Sequence record: NC_010105.1
Direction: 5' to 3' (one strand)
Source of the DNA: Escherichia phage JS98
Length of the DNA: 64,000 nucleotides
Below the pieces are notes generated by a model. It worked only from the letters and a program-made list of their open reading frames with translations. It ran no database searches and was not told the DNA's origin. This document shows, piece after piece, positions 19,912-30,194 of the stretch. A program made the position numbers and the translations under genes. Within the stretch, counting starts at the first letter, position 1. Every line of letters begins with the position of its first letter.

Positions 19912-21435
19912 TTATAGTCCAGTTTGAGACCAATCACCAAATACATCTTCAAATGTATCAGCTTCAGTTTTATCGAAACGCCAACCTTTAATAATTGGAA
20001 GGAAAATACCTACAGTATCAGTACGTCCTTTAGAATGAACCCAACCATTACATTCACAGTCAGCAATACGTCCAATCAACTTACCTTCACGAGCTTGTTT
20101 CATAAGAAGTTCACGGTCTAAATCAGGGCGGTCTTCTAATGGAATCAACACCTTTTTACCTGATTTATCTTTCTTATGGGTAGTATCTTTAAAGCCTGAG
20201 CCGCAGTCACTTGTAATTCGACGACAACGTGATACCAACTCGACACCGCCAAGTTTGTTAGGGTCCTTCGAGTGTTCATAATAACCTACCACTTCTAAAG
20301 CGATATCGATTACTTCTTTGAACTTGATAAGATTCTTAGAACGGCGGTTTTCCCAGTAGGAGTCCATGTTCTTAAGGATAATACCTTCCAGGCCTTGGTC
20401 GACATATTTCTTATAAACGACTTTAGCTTCGTCAAGATTATTGACCCATTGGTTTTCGATAGCTTCAACACGCGTTGTACCATGCAATACGACATTATGA
20501 GCAACCATAAGTTCTAAGGCAGTAAAGCGTACATCGTACTTATCGCCTTTAATTTTACCTTCGGAATATACGACATCCAATGGGACATAATCCCACGCCT
20601 GTAACACCATACCTGCTGCTTCGGTTGGGGTAATAGTTCCTTGAAGAGCCTTGTTAGCCAACCCGTTTGAAGTAGAACGATCGGCTACGGTTTGGAATTC
20701 CTTGGCTTTACTTAATTCAGGAAGTTCCTCATCAAACATACTAAACAAATCATTAGATGCTTTAGGTTCTACTTTAGGAGTGTGGTAAACTAATTCGCCA
20801 TCAATCATAACACCATTAGGATGGCGCTGTCGAGCTTCTTCGGTCATGGCCATTAATTCGGCCGCCAAAAGATTAAGCCCTTGGTATTCATTACCACCAC
20901 GAGTAAGGAATGTTACGCCATCGTTACGAACTTCAGCAAAACAACGAGCACCGTCAGCTTTTAATTGGGCGAACGCGGGCCATTTAATATTTTTCTTAAT
21001 CAAATCTTCATCATAAGAACTAGCCAACATTTGAGGTTGTTCAGGGATTAAACCTTTCCAAACCTTGTTAGCAATAGAAATCGATGCACCACATTCAAGG
21101 TCACGCATCATTACGCGACGTAATACCTCAGCGTCAGGACCCTTGGCATCAGCAATAATTTGGGCAAGCTCTTCAATAGCAGCATTACCCGTAATCTTAC
21201 GGGTGGCTAATGTGAACTCAGCGAAATCAAGAAGGTCTTCAAGTGTAATCATACCAAAGGATTGAGACGTAAATCCAGGTTCAGGCCACTTTTTAATACC
21301 GTAGTTCAGACGACGGGTATAAGCCATACGATATACACGTTTCAGAAGCTCGTTATCCTTTTCACGAGCAATAATAGCTTCTTTAGCTTTAGTAGAATCA
21401 ATAGAAGCAATTTCGTTTAAAATATCTAAAATCAT
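19912..21435 (-). CDS. 30: ATP-dependent DNA ligase gp30
   Basis: 507 aa; KADGAR adenylation motif; T4 position. Confidence 0.92.
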   Translation of the reverse strand: MILDILNEIASIDSTKAKEAIIAREKDNELLKRVYRMAYTRRLNYGIKKWPEPGFTSQSFGMITLEDLLDFAEFTLATRKITGNAAIEELAQIIADAKGPDAEVLRRVMMRDLECGASISIANKVWKGLIPEQPQMLASSYDEDLIKKNIKWPAFAQLKADGARCFAEVRNDGVTFLTRGGNEYQGLNLLAAELMAMTEEARQRHPNGVMIDGELVYHTPKVEPKASNDLFSMFDEELPELSKAKEFQTVADRSTSNGLANKALQGTITPTEAAGMVLQAWDYVPLDVVYSEGKIKGDKYDVRFTALELMVAHNVVLHGTTRVEAIENQWVNNLDEAKVVYKKYVDQGLEGIILKNMDSYWENRRSKNLIKFKEVIDIALEVVGYYEHSKDPNKLGGVELVSRCRRITSDCGSGFKDTTHKKDKSGKKVLIPLEDRPDLDRELLMKQAREGKLIGRIADCECNGWVHSKGRTDTVGIFLPIIKGWRFDKTEADTFEDVFGDWSQTGL

Positions 21436-21695
21436 TTTACCGTCCTTACAGTTTGTGTACTTCTATTATAAGCTACTTCATCTAAAAGCTCATTTAAAGT
21501 TTTGTGATACGATATAATACGCTTATCTTTAATATCATATTCAGTAACATACATAAATCCACGCCGAACACATTGGATAAAGATATCTTCATCTTTGGCT
21601 TGGAAATATACAGGGTTCAATCGAAGGAATTGCCTAAAGTTTCCATAATCATGGGATTTAGGGATTCCATCAGTAATAGTATGAACAACAAACAT
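21432..21695 (-). CDS. Hypothetical protein (30.1 position)
   Basis: ORF-track protein; internal ATG at 21695 abuts the upstream gene stop. Confidence 0.5.
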   Translation of the reverse strand: MFVVHTITDGIPKSHDYGNFRQFLRLNPVYFQAKDEDIFIQCVRRGFMYVTEYDIKDKRIISYHKTLNELLDEVAYNRSTQTVRTVK

Positions 21696-21696
21696 A

Positions 21697-22335
21697 TTAA
21701 CCTCGTGCAATCCATTCAACGGCTGCATTATTACGAAGGGATTCGATTGCTGCGATATCGTCCCATGAATTAACCTTTACGGCTAAATTAGGTTTAAAGT
21801 CGCGTTCACCACGGGCTAACCAATAAACTTGGATATCCATGAGAATATTAGATGCGGCGTCACAGTGGTGAGCCAAATCGTCAACATAAAACTTAATGCG
21901 TTTACCGTATGTATTTTTAGCTCTTATGAACAGGTCTTCTTTTGATTCTGAATGACCACACATCAGAATCTCCTTGAATGCGCCAGGGAACAAAGCATTC
22001 AAATTGAATTGTCTATTCAGCAGAGCATCAATTGAGTCGCCTAGCGCAGTCACGGCTACAAAATCGAAGTCTTTTTTGAGCTTGTTGATGTGTTTTAATG
22101 CGTCCATGTAAGGGGACAGATAACGAATAAAATCTGACTGGTTATATTTCTCGATTAAACGGGCGCCTAATTCGTCGTCACAATTAAACAGTTCGCCTGG
22201 AGATAAGAAACGTTCGTCCTGAATCATATTCAAAATATGTTCTAAAGGCAAATTATATTTCTGTGCGAAATAAGGCAAGCCGGACTGCCAACTTAAACAT
22301 ACTCCATCGATATCTGTTAAGATAACTGGTTTCAT
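21697..22335 (-). CDS. HAD-superfamily-like hydrolase (30.2 position)
   Basis: 212 aa; N-terminal ILTDIDGV (HAD motif I-like DxDG) and later FYVDD (motif IV-like). Confidence 0.55.
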   Translation of the reverse strand: MKPVILTDIDGVCLSWQSGLPYFAQKYNLPLEHILNMIQDERFLSPGELFNCDDELGARLIEKYNQSDFIRYLSPYMDALKHINKLKKDFDFVAVTALGDSIDALLNRQFNLNALFPGAFKEILMCGHSESKEDLFIRAKNTYGKRIKFYVDDLAHHCDAASNILMDIQVYWLARGERDFKPNLAVKVNSWDDIAAIESLRNNAAVEWIARG

Positions 22336-22799
22336 AATAAATCTCTCAATTTGTTTAGGATGTCGATAAACTCTTTTTCAGTTAGTATTGTATCACATTC
22401 TTTGAGGTGGCTTGCCATTGAATGCTTTAAAACCTTACCTTTAGTGGCTTGTAAAGCTTCTCGGAATCCTTTGTTCTGGAGCGCTGCTTCAAAATACGCA
22501 CTTTCGTAAAGCTCTTTCCACGCTTCGGAATATCTTGAAAACGGGGTCCCAAGCCAGAACAACGTGCCACGGTCCTGAGCTCTAGCATAAGCTCGACCAG
22601 CTTTTTGCGCGTCTAACCCGGACATCCTAAATATACGTCTTTGTTGTTCAACATTTTTCACCTTACACCCTTGGAGGAATCCTTCGAGTCCACCAAATTG
22701 GATACCATCCATAACGAAAGGCCATTTAGCAAAGTTACTTAATGCACATGATGGCCACGGAAAGTTACTTCTAATTTCTAACTCAGACATCTTTGACAC
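22332..22799 (-). CDS. NADAR (DUF1768/YbiA-like) domain protein
   Basis: 155 aa; ALSNFAKWPFVMDGIQFGGLEGFLQGCK matches the NADAR signature as I recall it. Confidence 0.6.
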   Translation of the reverse strand: MSKMSELEIRSNFPWPSCALSNFAKWPFVMDGIQFGGLEGFLQGCKVKNVEQQRRIFRMSGLDAQKAGRAYARAQDRGTLFWLGTPFSRYSEAWKELYESAYFEAALQNKGFREALQATKGKVLKHSMASHLKECDTILTEKEFIDILNKLRDLL

Positions 22800-22998
22800 T
22801 TATAATTTCAACATCAGCCCAATAACCATAACCCGGCAGTCGGTCTTCAATGGATAAACCACCATCATGTTTAGGCATTTTAATTGTCATGATATAAGGT
22901 TCTAAATGGTCCGCCGTATGAGGAGAAACATCAGTCACACGATAAGTCACTTCAACCATTTCCGTACCTAACAATTTCTGAATCAGTTTCTTGACCAT
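22783..22998 (-). CDS. Hypothetical protein
   Basis: 71 aa ORF in the early operon. Confidence 0.45.
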   Translation of the reverse strand: MVKKLIQKLLGTEMVEVTYRVTDVSPHTADHLEPYIMTIKMPKHDGGLSIEDRLPGYGYWADVEIISVKDV

Positions 22999-22999
22999 A

Positions 23000-23194
23000 T
23001 TATCCTCGCTTCAAACATTTGATTACAGACAATTCAGAACCCATGCGAACGTCTTCAGTGCCATCGACCCATAGGACCGTGTAGGCTTCTTTAATAGTAG
23101 CATTACCCAATTTAAAAGCAGGTAAAACCTTTGAAATCATACCAGGAATACCTACACCTTTTAACTGAACGGTTTGTGATAAGAATAGTTGCAT
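23000..23194 (-). CDS. Hypothetical protein
   Basis: 64 aa ORF, tightly packed. Confidence 0.45.
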   Translation of the reverse strand: MQLFLSQTVQLKGVGIPGMISKVLPAFKLGNATIKEAYTVLWVDGTEDVRMGSELSVIKCLKRG

Positions 23195-23514
23195 TAGAAC
23201 CTCATCTGGAATCCATGTGATTTAACATTACCGCCGTAGATGTCAGAAGTATTGACTTCGCGGGCGACACTTGGGTCGATGTTAATATCGCGGTTGAGCT
23301 TAGTGATTGCTAGGGTGTCACGACCATTGACTGTACGGAATTCTACTGGACAAACCACATCAGCATAGGCCTTAATGGATTCACGAGTAGGCTGTTTGTC
23401 AGCAGGAACATCTTTACCTGCCTTAGAGAAAACAACTTCACAGAAATTTTTACGAGTATCGAAATAAGTGGTCATAAACATAATATTTTCCTCAAAGGAG
23501 GCCGAAGCCTCCAT
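23194..23514 (-). CDS. Hypothetical protein (likely start at 23481)
   Basis: An in-frame ATG at 23481 is preceded by TGAGGAAAAT SD and the 23497-23512 hairpin. Confidence 0.5.
   Translation of the reverse strand: MEASASFEENIMFMTTYFDTRKNFCEVVFSKAGKDVPADKQPTRESIKAYADVVCPVEFRTVNGRDTLAITKLNRDINIDPSVAREVNTSDIYGGNVKSHGFQMRF
23497..23512 (-). promoter_or_regulatory. Hairpin GGAGGC-UUCG-GCCUCC followed by SD (recurrent module)
   Basis: Perfect 6 bp stem with UUCG loop on the - transcript immediately 5' of UGAGGAAAAU; same stem as at 63006. Confidence 0.5.
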
Positions 23515-23522
23515 TTTTAAGA

Positions 23523-23888
23523 TTAGATATCAAATTCATTCAGAACTACATCAAAGATTGCTTCCAGGTGTTCAGGTTTAGCACGGTTGCTCAGGATGTG
23601 ACGAATCCAGGTTTTAACCAGAAGCTTACGATTATCACCGTTCCAGCAAGGATGGGTACCTAAATCACGTTGACGGAAATCATCATCCAAAGCGATTTTA
23701 AAAGTAGAACCTTCCATAGTGATTGAAACCGTGATACCATTTTCAAAGCGCATATAAACGTAGTTAGGAGTCATGCACTGTTCGATTTCGCACACTGTGC
23801 CGTTGTTGTGTTTCCACAGACAAATAACTTCAGAAGAACCAGCGATACCGTTAGAAACATATTTACGTTCGAAGTTGATGTAGTTCAT
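23523..23888 (-). CDS. Hypothetical early protein
   Basis: 121 aa; own early promoter and conserved leader. Confidence 0.55.
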   Translation of the reverse strand: MNYINFERKYVSNGIAGSSEVICLWKHNNGTVCEIEQCMTPNYVYMRFENGITVSITMEGSTFKIALDDDFRQRDLGTHPCWNGDNRKLLVKTWIRHILSNRAKPEHLEAIFDVVLNEFDI

Positions 23889-23932
23889 TTTATTCTCCAG
23901 TTTGTTTTCGTATTATTTGGTACAGGTCTATA
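23886..23932 (-). repeat. Leader repeat copy A (identical 39 nt, about 47 nt with 1 mismatch, shared with 24292-24338)
   Basis: cattttattctccagtttgttttcgtattatttggtaca occurs at both loci, covering start codon, SD and 5' leader. Confidence 0.85.
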
Positions 23933-23958
23933 ATAACACAACCTGTACCAAAGTAAAA
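23930..23958 (-). promoter_or_regulatory. T4-type early promoter flanked by 9 bp inverted repeat GGTACAGGT/ACCTGTACC
   Basis: -10 TATTAT, -35 GTTTTAC by rc; perfect IR at 23918-23926 and 23940-23948 brackets the -10. Confidence 0.5.
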
Positions 23959-23961
23959 CAT

Positions 23962-24294
23962 TTATTTCACAACATTCCAATTTTTCATATCAAGTTTACC
24001 AACTTTTTTCATCTGAGCAATCAGACGTTCAGCACGTGTACGGGCATTAACGTAATAGAATTCACCAATTTTGTTTTCTTCAATACGGCCAGTAATTACA
24101 GTTTTCAGTTCATAAATCCAACCTGTAAAGAAGTTGTGAAGCTCGATGGTAAATGTGAAATCAGTACCCATACCTTCAGTTGTTTCAACTTCGATGATAT
24201 CACCTTCAACTGCAGTCAGGACCCACATGGTTTCTTGATATTCACCGTTGAAACATTTAGCTTTAACAGATGCGTTCAGGTTTACAGTTTTCAT
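23962..24294 (-). CDS. Hypothetical early protein
   Basis: 110 aa; own early promoter; leader identical to its neighbour. Confidence 0.55.
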   Translation of the reverse strand: MKTVNLNASVKAKCFNGEYQETMWVLTAVEGDIIEVETTEGMGTDFTFTIELHNFFTGWIYELKTVITGRIEENKIGEFYYVNARTRAERLIAQMKKVGKLDMKNWNVVK

Positions 24295-24338
24295 TTTATT
24301 CTCCAGTTTGTTTTCGTATTATTTGGTACATGTCTATA
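24292..24338 (-). repeat. Leader repeat copy B
   Basis: See 23886-23932. Confidence 0.85.
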
Positions 24339-24364
24339 GTATCATGCCTACCGGAGATGTATAC
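24336..24364 (-). promoter_or_regulatory. T4-type early promoter (-35 GTATACA, -10 TACTAT)
   Basis: rc of 24358-24364 and 24336-24341. Confidence 0.45.
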
Positions 24365-24393
24365 CCTTTTTTTAAAGATTTAGAAACAAAAAT

Positions 24394-24411
24394 GGGACTC
24401 CGAAGAGTCCC
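24394..24411 (-). terminator. Intrinsic terminator GGGACUC-UUCG-GAGUCCC + U-tract
   Basis: 7 bp stem with UUCG loop on the - transcript followed by AUUUUUGUUUCU. Confidence 0.65.
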
Positions 24412-24416
24412 ATAAC

Positions 24417-24578
24417 TTATGCCTGAGGCTTACCAAAGCAAGCAGCATCTGCACGCAATACTGCACGAGCACGAGCTTGAAGCTTATCAACTACCTGATT
24501 GATACGCTTGTTGGACGCACGCTTGTAACCAGCGCGTTTAGAGGTACCGTCAACTACTTTAACTTCTTTCTTAGCCAT
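24417..24578 (-). CDS. Small basic protein, 53 aa
   Basis: Manually read MAKKEVKVVDGTSKRAGYKRASNKRINQVVDKLQARARAVLRADAACFGKPQA; strong terminator follows. Confidence 0.45.
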   Translation of the reverse strand: MAKKEVKVVDGTSKRAGYKRASNKRINQVVDKLQARARAVLRADAACFGKPQA

Positions 24579-24884
24579 TTTTAAATCTCTTAAATTAGGA
24601 TGCAGGACTTATTGACATTGCCTGCGCAAGCCCTCAAGGGGAACATAGGTTTTAGATATTTAACGACAGGATAACCATAAACCTCGTCATCATAGCTCTT
24701 ATCTGTTGCACACCGTTAGCTTAAAGGTTCCGGGTTCGATTTCTCGAGGATAAGATATATACTGATGGATATATAGGCCTTGAGGCGTACTCCCGATTGG
24801 CCATCACCTCGGGGTAGCATGCACTTGCCGCTATAAAATACATTCAAGAGGTACACCGTAAAACTGCTGGGGTCTTAAAACTAT

Positions 24885-24902
24885 AATGATTCGCAAATCA
24901 TT
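24885..24902 (-). other. Hairpin AATGATT-CGCA-AATCATT 30 nt downstream of rIII
   Basis: Perfect 7 bp inverted repeat; AT-rich stem, so terminator function is uncertain. Confidence 0.35.
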
Positions 24903-24930
24903 AATCAGACAGTTCGACGGCTCCTCGATT

Positions 24931-25179
24931 TTACTTCAGGGTAATAATAAAATGACGTACTGCTTTACGAGCTGCTGAAGCCAAAGGCTTAGCATATTTC
25001 AGTTCATCTTTTGCTTCCAGTTCAGCAGCCAGAGTAGCCTGAGCAGGATTAAGATGTTTGAAATAACGCAGGATTTCCAGTGCTTCGGCTTCAACATCAA
25101 TAGATGCGCCGTAGTTTTCGTGACCGTTGTTCCAAGCGTTGCGTTGCAGTTCAAGAGCGTGATTCAGATGTTTGTTCAT
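24931..25179 (-). CDS. rIII: rIII lysis-inhibition accessory protein
   Basis: 82 aa from the internal ATG (T4 rIII is 82 aa); position between the 30.x block and gene 31 as in the T4 map. Confidence 0.6.
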   Translation of the reverse strand: MNKHLNHALELQRNAWNNGHENYGASIDVEAEALEILRYFKHLNPAQATLAAELEAKDELKYAKPLASAARKAVRHFIITLK

Positions 25180-25331
25180 TTTAAATTCTCGATTCGAGAT
25201 AAAGATTGGTGGACACGTTCTTCTGAATTTCACTTCCTTTCGGCAAGTCTCTCAGTTGTAGTCCACCGCTTAGGATTAGCTAACCCCATACACCAGCAAA
25301 GCTCTGTATGACATTAGCCAATCCATATTAT

Positions 25332-25339
25332 TATTTATA
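25332..25339 (-). promoter_or_regulatory. Late promoter TATAAATA upstream of rIII
   Basis: Exact rc motif about 150 nt upstream of rIII. Confidence 0.4.
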
Positions 25340-25663
25340 TCACTTATAAAGACACGGAATAGCTTTATAGTGACAGGTAACGAATTTCTGTTTAATTTCT
25401 TTAGGCTGTTTAATACCCAATGCAACTAAAGGATGTGGCACGTTAGCAATCTTACCAACAGGAAGTGGAGTCAAATCGCCTACTTCACAAAACCCTTCAG
25501 GGACATCAGGTCCTACAGAATAAATTTCACAAAGTTCAGGGATTTCACCTTGATGAAGTTTGCCAATAACGATACCAGATGCAGTAGTTTCTTCATCGCC
25601 AGCTTGTTTTGGTTCGGAAACGAGAATAACATATTCTCCGACCGCTTTAATAGGAAGTTCCAT
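25340..25663 (-). CDS. 31: Co-chaperonin gp31 (GroES-like)
   Basis: 107 aa with GroES-like fold pattern; T4 position; MotA-type promoter upstream. Confidence 0.8.
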   Translation of the reverse strand: MELPIKAVGEYVILVSEPKQAGDEETTASGIVIGKLHQGEIPELCEIYSVGPDVPEGFCEVGDLTPLPVGKIANVPHPLVALGIKQPKEIKQKFVTCHYKAIPCLYK

Positions 25664-25694
25664 ATTTAATCCATGTTGTTTTGTTGATAGATTA

Positions 25695-25719
25695 ATAATA
25701 ACACGCTATTCTTAAAGCA
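25695..25719 (-). promoter_or_regulatory. MotA-dependent middle promoter of gene 31
   Basis: rc reads ATGCTTTAAG then 12 nt then TATTAT. Confidence 0.5.
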
Positions 25720-25721
25720 TA

Positions 25722-26021
25722 TTACAGGACAAGCAGAGTTTCAGTCTGAAGCCCATTAATAGAAATCAGTTTATCGAAACGGAACGAGCGCCAGTCATTA
25801 ACCTTGGTATCAAATACACGAATATAATTAACCGGTTCTTTATTAGCTTCTGGGCCCGGGGCTTGAATTTCTTTATACGGGAGGAGGTCCAGGTCGCGAG
25901 TACAAGTCATACGACGAACACTACCATCCGCCTTTTCAAACAGAACTTCGTGAGTACCTACAGACAGAATAGTCTTGGCTTTTTCACGGAGCCGAATAGT
26001 TTCTTGTTCAGTTAAAATCAT
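25722..26021 (-). CDS. Hypothetical protein (31.1 position)
   Basis: 99 aa ORF. Confidence 0.5.
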   Translation of the reverse strand: MILTEQETIRLREKAKTILSVGTHEVLFEKADGSVRRMTCTRDLDLLPYKEIQAPGPEANKEPVNYIRVFDTKVNDWRSFRFDKLISINGLQTETLLVL

Positions 26022-26023
26022 AA

Positions 26024-26257
26024 TTATTCCAGAATAGTTTTAATAGTGGTTGCATTACGCTCTTTTAGAGCTCTTAGTAGGCTATGGCAATTATCAAGAA
26101 TAGGCACCGTTTTGTATTTCATGTTGGCATAGACCCACTCAGATTTATAGTACGATTTCCATCGAGAGAAAAAGTACTTTTTGTATTCTACCGAATAGGC
26201 TACTAAGCTTTCACCTTTTGAATTCAGACCTGAAAACTTCACTAATCGAAATTTCAT
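26024..26257 (-). CDS. Hypothetical protein (31.2 position)
   Basis: 77 aa ORF. Confidence 0.5.
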   Translation of the reverse strand: MKFRLVKFSGLNSKGESLVAYSVEYKKYFFSRWKSYYKSEWVYANMKYKTVPILDNCHSLLRALKERNATTIKTILE

Positions 26258-26802
26258 TATTCACCACAATAGTTTTGAATTGATTCCCAGTTCAGAGAAC
26301 GGAGACCAGTACGGTTATACTGGATAACTTCGATGCCTGATTCACGGAGGATATCATCCCATCCTTCAGGATTTCGGTCATAGAGTTCAGCATAAACCAG
26401 CGTTTTAATTCCGGACTGCGCAATAGACTTAGCACAATCTGCACATGGGGACAGTGTCACATACATCGTAGCACCGTCAATAGAACTTCCTGTACGAGCT
26501 GCAAACAGGATAGCATTCAGTTCAGCATGGATTTCATTTTTGGATGACCACGCGGCATGAGCCATACGATGTTCTTTAAGAAGAATCGATTTATGGGACA
26601 TTCGTGCCGTGTCATACACAACACGAGTCCAGTCCTGTTCCACTGCATGGTCGCAACAGTTAACACCACCAGACGGAGAACCATTATACCCTGTAGAAAT
26701 AATACGGCCATTCTTTTCAATAACCGCGCCCACTTTCCATGAACAACATTTTGATTCCTGAGAAATCAGATATGCAATCTGAAGATATGTACTTGCTTTC
26801 AT
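26257..26802 (-). CDS. cd: dCMP deaminase
   Basis: 181 aa; HAE zinc-binding motif and PCxxC (SPCADCAK). Confidence 0.9.
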   Translation of the reverse strand: MKASTYLQIAYLISQESKCCSWKVGAVIEKNGRIISTGYNGSPSGGVNCCDHAVEQDWTRVVYDTARMSHKSILLKEHRMAHAAWSSKNEIHAELNAILFAARTGSSIDGATMYVTLSPCADCAKSIAQSGIKTLVYAELYDRNPEGWDDILRESGIEVIQYNRTGLRSLNWESIQNYCGE

Positions 26803-27032
26803 TCTACGAACACTCGCTGCGCTTCGACCAGACCATCAGAACCAAGTTTTAACTGGGTAATCTGGCTGACATTTTTAGGATTAACGATAACCAATACCGC
26901 ACGTGGTGATTCCTGGATTACTCGCAGAGTTGCATCAGGAAAACGTACAGAAACCTTATTAATCAGGGCCTGAGCAAATTCTTTAACTTTAACTTGAAAC
27001 TGCTCTACAGTAATAGGTTGTTCGCTCAGCAT
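26799..27032 (-). CDS. Hypothetical protein (cd.x)
   Basis: 77 aa ORF. Confidence 0.5.
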   Translation of the reverse strand: MLSEQPITVEQFQVKVKEFAQALINKVSVRFPDATLRVIQESPRAVLVIVNPKNVSQITQLKLGSDGLVEAQRVFVE

Positions 27033-27697
27033 TAGATGGTCTCCAACTTAAGTTGTTTGGTAGTGGTAGCTTGGGTAACGTCGCCTTTAACAATATAACA
27101 CACTTGTTGGAACGAATTAGTCAAAAGCTCTTCGGCTTGACGGTCGGCTTGTTCCTTTGTGTTATGGCTAGAATGAACTTCAATCTTACCATTTTTAACG
27201 ATAAGCACTTTCCAATCCGCAGTGGCTTTTACTGGTTTAGGTCCACCATTTTCAGGAATACTCACCGAGGCCAGTGGACGTACTACTTCAATAAAGTAAT
27301 CGAATTCATGGCCAAAAAAGCCTGAGGAATTAAAAAGAACAGCATTTGCATCATCAGGATTACCTGTGATTTTGCTCGGGTCGACAAACATCATCTCGTC
27401 ATATACACGAATTCGGCTTACACGTTCACGCCCATTATGGTAATCAATTTCAACTTCAAACGGATTCATACCTACATACTTGGCAAAAGCTGTATTGAGG
27501 CCATAAGCGCCGTTATTAGTGAATTTGTTTTTAGTGTATTCACTACCGAACTTATAAAACTTACGCTCTTCAAAGAACTTGCTCATTTCGATTTCCTCAT
27601 TTGTTTCGGTAGGACTACTATACCACAGTCCTACCGTGATGTAAACACTTAAATTGCTTCGACAACTACCGTTTGTTTCTGGAAGTCCATTTTGCAT
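27032..27697 (-). CDS. Hypothetical protein (cd.x; true start may be an internal ATG)
   Basis: 221 aa ORF-track protein. Confidence 0.5.
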   Translation of the reverse strand: MQNGLPETNGSCRSNLSVYITVGLWYSSPTETNEEIEMSKFFEERKFYKFGSEYTKNKFTNNGAYGLNTAFAKYVGMNPFEVEIDYHNGRERVSRIRVYDEMMFVDPSKITGNPDDANAVLFNSSGFFGHEFDYFIEVVRPLASVSIPENGGPKPVKATADWKVLIVKNGKIEVHSSHNTKEQADRQAEELLTNSFQQVCYIVKGDVTQATTTKQLKLETI

Positions 27698-27927
27698 GAA
27701 ATAGCTAAAATGTGGTTATCAATTTTAAACGGAACAATTGCAAATGCTGTACCAGGCGTGAGTTGGACAGTGATTGCATCAACTGCATCTGGGAACATGA
27801 TTTCCAGAATAGCAGACAAACGTCCGTGCACTTTTAATTCAGTCGACGTGTCGACAGGTTCGTATAGGTAATCAGATACAATCTGACTAAAAACCACTTT
27901 AACAATTTCAGAATAAGTAGGGAACAT
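27649..27927 (-). CDS. Hypothetical protein (cd.x)
   Basis: 92 aa ORF. Confidence 0.45.
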   Translation of the reverse strand: MFPTYSEIVKVVFSQIVSDYLYEPVDTSTELKVHGRLSAILEIMFPDAVDAITVQLTPGTAFAIVPFKIDNHILAISCKMDFQKQTVVVEAI

Positions 27928-28142
27928 AATTACCTCAGTGTACTGTATGGACCTTCACGTTAACAATAAACCGGTCAACGACTTCAGTCAGAGGAACGAA
28001 CTCAACATAGTACTCACCTTTGTAACGTTCATTCAAATCGTTACGGAGAGCTGCTAGTGAATTAATGAGGGTAGGAGACATATTAAGCCCTACCAGTTTC
28101 TGAAGCTCTTTATAAGCTTCTTCTTCAACTTCATGGTGTTTG

Positions 28143-29561
<1,419 letters not shown>

Positions 29562-29565
<4 letters not shown>

Positions 29566-30059
29566 ACACCAAGCTCCTTATAAAGCTCTTCACGGCAGGT
29601 TTTAAGGATTTTACCAGTTTCATAAGCAACACTTTCAGGAACATCGCCGAGGGTTACTGCGGATTGCATTTGACCATGGCGCTTAGCTGCGTATTCAAAA
29701 CTTTTTACTAGCTCACGAATACGTTCTTTTTCTTCATAAAGCGATTGGTTTTCTTTATAGCACGCCGTAACATCTAAGATTGAATTCCACACATCAGAAG
29801 GAATAGGTTTGGACAATTTCAACACTCGGCTCGGGAAATCATTCCATGGGGCATAGTATTCAACTTCTGTAATAACTCCACCTTTACATTCTGTAATAAA
29901 AAATCGAGCTTTACCTTCCAAAGGTGTTTTACGGCAAGAACCAATTCGGGCCAGATTTTGGAAGAATTCGTCTTTACACTTCATGATATTATTAGCGTTC
30001 TCAACATACCATAATATTTTCATATCCAATTCCTCAATTTTTATAATCCGTAGGAGCAT
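29562..30059 (-). CDS. Hypothetical protein
   Basis: 165 aa ORF. Confidence 0.5.
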
Positions 30060-30086
30060 TATACTCTGCTCCCAAGAGTTTGTAAA

Positions 30087-30194
30087 CTACTTTCCAAAAA
30101 TACCATTCATACACAGGCTGAACACGATACCAAAGCAAAAACATGCAGCACCGAATTTAAAAACATCCCACCCATCGATACAGGCTTCAATCAT
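30087..30194 (-). CDS. Small membrane peptide (about 35 aa)
   Basis: In-frame ATG at 30194 overlaps the o-spanin stop (ATGA); hydrophobic FGAACFCFGIVFSLCMNGIFG. Confidence 0.35.
   Translation of the reverse strand: MIEACIDGWDVFKFGAACFCFGIVFSLCMNGIFGK

Noticed and set aside
21436-21500. MotA-box-like AGCTTTTA about 12 nt upstream of a TATAAT upstream of the ligase gene
   Set aside because: The box deviates from the TGCTT core; too weak to call without transcript data.
23902-24339. 145 aa + strand ORF spanning two - strand early genes and their promoter
   Set aside because: Crosses a promoter/leader repeat and is antisense to two genes that have clear SD-ATG signals.
24731-24760. tRNA-like T-loop motif GGTTCGATT in the non-coding gap
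   Set aside because: Flanking sequence does not form a T-stem, acceptor stem or anticodon arm on either strand; a second GTTCGAC motif near 24910 fails the same test.
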